Positions 61,593 through 64,000 of a DNA stretch of 64,000 nucleotides are shown piece after piece. The DNA is from an uncultured Gemmatimonadales bacterium (GTDB lineage: Bacteria > Gemmatimonadota > Gemmatimonadetes > Gemmatimonadales > GWC2-71-9): the NCBI GenBank assembly GCA_963739455.1, contig CAVUAK010000001.1, positions 2,432,001 to 2,496,000 on the forward strand. Reading direction: 5' to 3'. The notes below the pieces were generated by a model. The model did not search any database. It was not told the origin of the DNA and saw nothing but the letters and a program-made list of their open reading frames with translations. Made by a program: the position numbers and the translations under genes. The first letter of the stretch is position 1, and every line of letters starts with the position of its first letter.

Positions 61593-62369
61593 GTGATTGA
61601 CACTCACTGTCACCTCGGCTCGGCCGATTACGACGCGGACAGGGCAGAGGTCCTCGCCCGGGCCTGGGAGGCGGGGGTAAAGCATATCGTCGTAATCGGC
61701 GAGTCGGCAGAGGCTGCCTCAAAGGCGCTCCGCCTCGCCGGCACCGATCCGCGACTCTCGGCCACTGCCGGGGTACACCCGCACGACGCGAAGGACTGGT
61801 CCTCCCAGTCGGCCGACTGGTTGGCCAGCGCCCTCGCTGATCCGCGGGTCGTGGCAGCAGGTGAGATGGGCCTCGACTATCACTACGACTATTCACCGCG
61901 TGACGCACAGCATGCCGCCTTCCGGGCGCAGCTGGCGATCGCCGCCGACGCCGCTCGGCCGGTCATCATTCACGCGCGCGAGGCTGACGACGACGTCGCC
62001 GCCGTTCTCCGGAGCGACGCCCGGACCCCGGTAGTGCTGCACTCCTTCTCGAGCGGCCCCGCACTCTTGCGGGCCGGCCTCGATCTGGGGCACTATCTGT
62101 CATTCAGCGGCATGGTCACGTTCCGCAACTGGGCTCTCGACGACGCCGTCCGCGCCGTGCCCCTGGAACGTCTCCTGATCGAGACCGATGGTCCGTACCT
62201 GGCGCCCATCCCGCATCGCGGCAAGCGCAATGAACCGGCCTTCGTGCGCCACACCGCGGAACGCATCGCGGCGGTCCGCGGTATCGACGCAGCGGAACTG
62301 ATCGAAGCTACGACTCGGAATGCTGAGGGACTTTTTGGTCTGCAGTCGTCAGTCGGCAGTCGTCAGTAA
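61593..62369 (+). CDS. tatD: TatD-family hydrolase
   Basis: IDTHCHL, GVHPH, GEMGLDYHY, IHAREA, LHSFS, ETDGPYLAP, RGKRNEP. Confidence 0.93.
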   Translation: MIDTHCHLGSADYDADRAEVLARAWEAGVKHIVVIGESAEAASKALRLAGTDPRLSATAGVHPHDAKDWSSQSADWLASALADPRVVAAGEMGLDYHYDYSPRDAQHAAFRAQLAIAADAARPVIIHAREADDDVAAVLRSDARTPVVLHSFSSGPALLRAGLDLGHYLSFSGMVTFRNWALDDAVRAVPLERLLIETDGPYLAPIPHRGKRNEPAFVRHTAERIAAVRGIDAAELIEATTRNAEGLFGLQSSVGSRQ

Positions 62370-62437
62370 GTCGGCAGTCGACAGCTGCACGGAGCAGCTG
62401 ACCACTCACTGACGACTGTCGACTGCCGACTGACGAC
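62342..62437. repeat. Palindromic heptamer-armed element, copy 3, inverted orientation
   Basis: Core CAGCTGCACGGAGCAGCTG is close to the reverse complement of the copy 1/2 core; overlaps the last codons of tatD. Confidence 0.85.
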
Positions 62438-62461
62438 CACTTTCGACACCGGATCCCAAAC

Positions 62462-64000
62462 ATGCCCGTTCCTTCAGATATCGAAATCGCCCAGGCCGCG
62501 CAGAAGAAGATGCGCCCCATCGCCGACGTGGCCGCCGAAATCGGCCTCACCGCCGACGAGATCCTGCCTTACGGCAAGACCAAGGCGAAGATCACCCCCG
62601 AGGCCATCGCGAAGCGGAAGCCCACCGGCCGACTCGTCCTCGTCACCGGCATCAACCCGACCCCCGCCGGCGAGGGCAAGAGCACCGTCACCATCGGCGT
62701 CGCCCAGGCTCTGCGCCGCCTCGGCAAGAAGGTCGTCGTCTGCATTCGCGAGCCGTCCCTCGGGCCCGTGTTCGGCGTGAAGGGGGGCGCCGCCGGCGGC
62801 GGCTACGCCCAGGTCATCCCCATGGACGAGATCAACCTCCACTTCACCGGGGATTTCCACGCCATCACCTCGGCGCACAACCTCTTGTCCGCGATGCTCG
62901 ACAACCACATGCATCACGGCAACGCGCTCGGCATCGACCCGCGCCGTATCACCTGGCCCCGCACCATCGACATGAACGATCGCGCGCTGCGCTCCATGAT
63001 CGTGAGCCTCGGCGGCATCAACGCCGGCACCCGTGCGCGAGGAGCGCTTCGTCATCGTGCCCGGCAGCGAGATCATGGCGATCCTCTGCCTCTCCACCGA
63101 CCTGCAGGATCTCGAGGCCCGCATCAGTCGCATCGTCGTCGGCCTCACCCGCGACCGGAAGCCCGTCACCGCCGGCGAGCTCAAGGCCGCCGGCGCCATG
63201 ACGCTCCTTCTCAAGGACGCGATACTCCCCAACCTCGTGCAGACCCTCGAGGGTGGCCCCGCACTCGTGCACGGCGGTCCCTTCGGCAACATCGCCCACG
63301 GCTGCAATTCCATCGTGGCGACGAAGCTCGGGCTCTCCCTCGGCGACATCGTGCTCACCGAGGCCGGCTTCGGCTGCCGACCTCGGCGCCGAGAAGTTCT
63401 TCGACATCAAGTGCCGCTTCGGCGGGCTCAACCCCGAGGCCGCCGTCATCGTCGCCACCGTGCGCGCGCTCAAGATGCATGGCGGCGTCAAGAAGGACGC
63501 GCTCGGCACACCCGATGTGGCATCGCTCAAGAAGGGCCTCGTCAACCTCGAGGCCCACGTCAAGAACATCCAGAAGTTTGGCGTCCCTGCTGTCGTGGCA
63601 CTCAACCGCTTCACCTCCGACACCGACGAGGAGCTGCAGACGGTGCTCGATGCCGTGAAGTCCTGGGGTGCGCGTGGTGCCTTGAGCGAGGTCTGGGCGA
63701 AGGGTGGCGAGGGCGGGGAAGCGGTGGGCCGGGAAGTGCTCGCCATCCTCGATGAGAAGAAGGGCGCGTTCAAGCCGTTGTACGACGTGAACCAGCCCAT
63801 CAAGGCCAAGATCGAGGCCATCGCGAAGGGCATTTACGGTGCGGACGGCGTGGACTACTCACCCGCCGCCAGCAAGGCCATCGAGCAGATCGAGGGGATG
63901 GGCTTCGGCAACACTCCGGTCTGCATGGCCAAGACCCAGTATTCGTTCAGTGACGACGCCACCAAGCTCGGGCGACCCTCGGGCTTCCGCATCACCGTCC
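62462..64000 (+). CDS. fhs: Formate--tetrahydrofolate ligase (partial; indels near 63030 and 63375)
   Basis: [83 protein letters not shown]. Confidence 0.96.

Noticed and set aside
62370..62461. Possible THF or ZTP riboswitch upstream of fhs
   Set aside because: The spacer is occupied by the heptamer palindrome; no riboswitch consensus was recognised.
5120..64000. Many frameshifts suggesting pseudogenes, programmed frameshifting or phase variation (TBDR, adhesin, pcrA, gatC, infB, truB, secDF, fhs)
   Set aside because: They also hit essential genes, are isolated single-base indels without a common slippery motif, and are best explained as long-read consensus errors. Phase variation in the adhesin cannot be fully excluded without reads.

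Overview
GC-rich bacterial chromosomal window, most consistent with Gemmatimonadota (inferred from gene content and order). It carries many single-base indels, including in essential genes, which points to an unpolished long-read assembly. The left ~28 kb is accessory. It holds three tandem repeat-domain lipoproteins, a coupled ECF sigma factor / Ser-Thr kinase pair, a TonB-dependent receptor and secreted NTF2/SnoaL-like paralogs. It also holds one ~13.9-kb gene (about 4,600 aa once indels are corrected) that joins a tip domain and ~25 DUF11-type Ig repeats to a large C-terminal outer-membrane barrel, followed by a coupled OmpA protein and a BTAD-TPR regulator. The right ~36 kb is mostly core genome (SPOR proteins, sugar nucleotidyltransferases, serS, pcrA, gatCAB, murA, pgeF, rimP-nusA-L7Ae-infB-DUF503-rbfA-truB-ribF-secDF-tatD-fhs) with small inserts. 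Notable non-coding structure: a duplicated rimP promoter/leader/5' end bracketing a 2.3-kb insert, three copies of a ~100-bp heptamer-armed palindrome, many heptamer microsatellite spacers that start at stop codons, and candidate operators. No rRNA, tRNA, CRISPR array, integrase or transposase was recognised.
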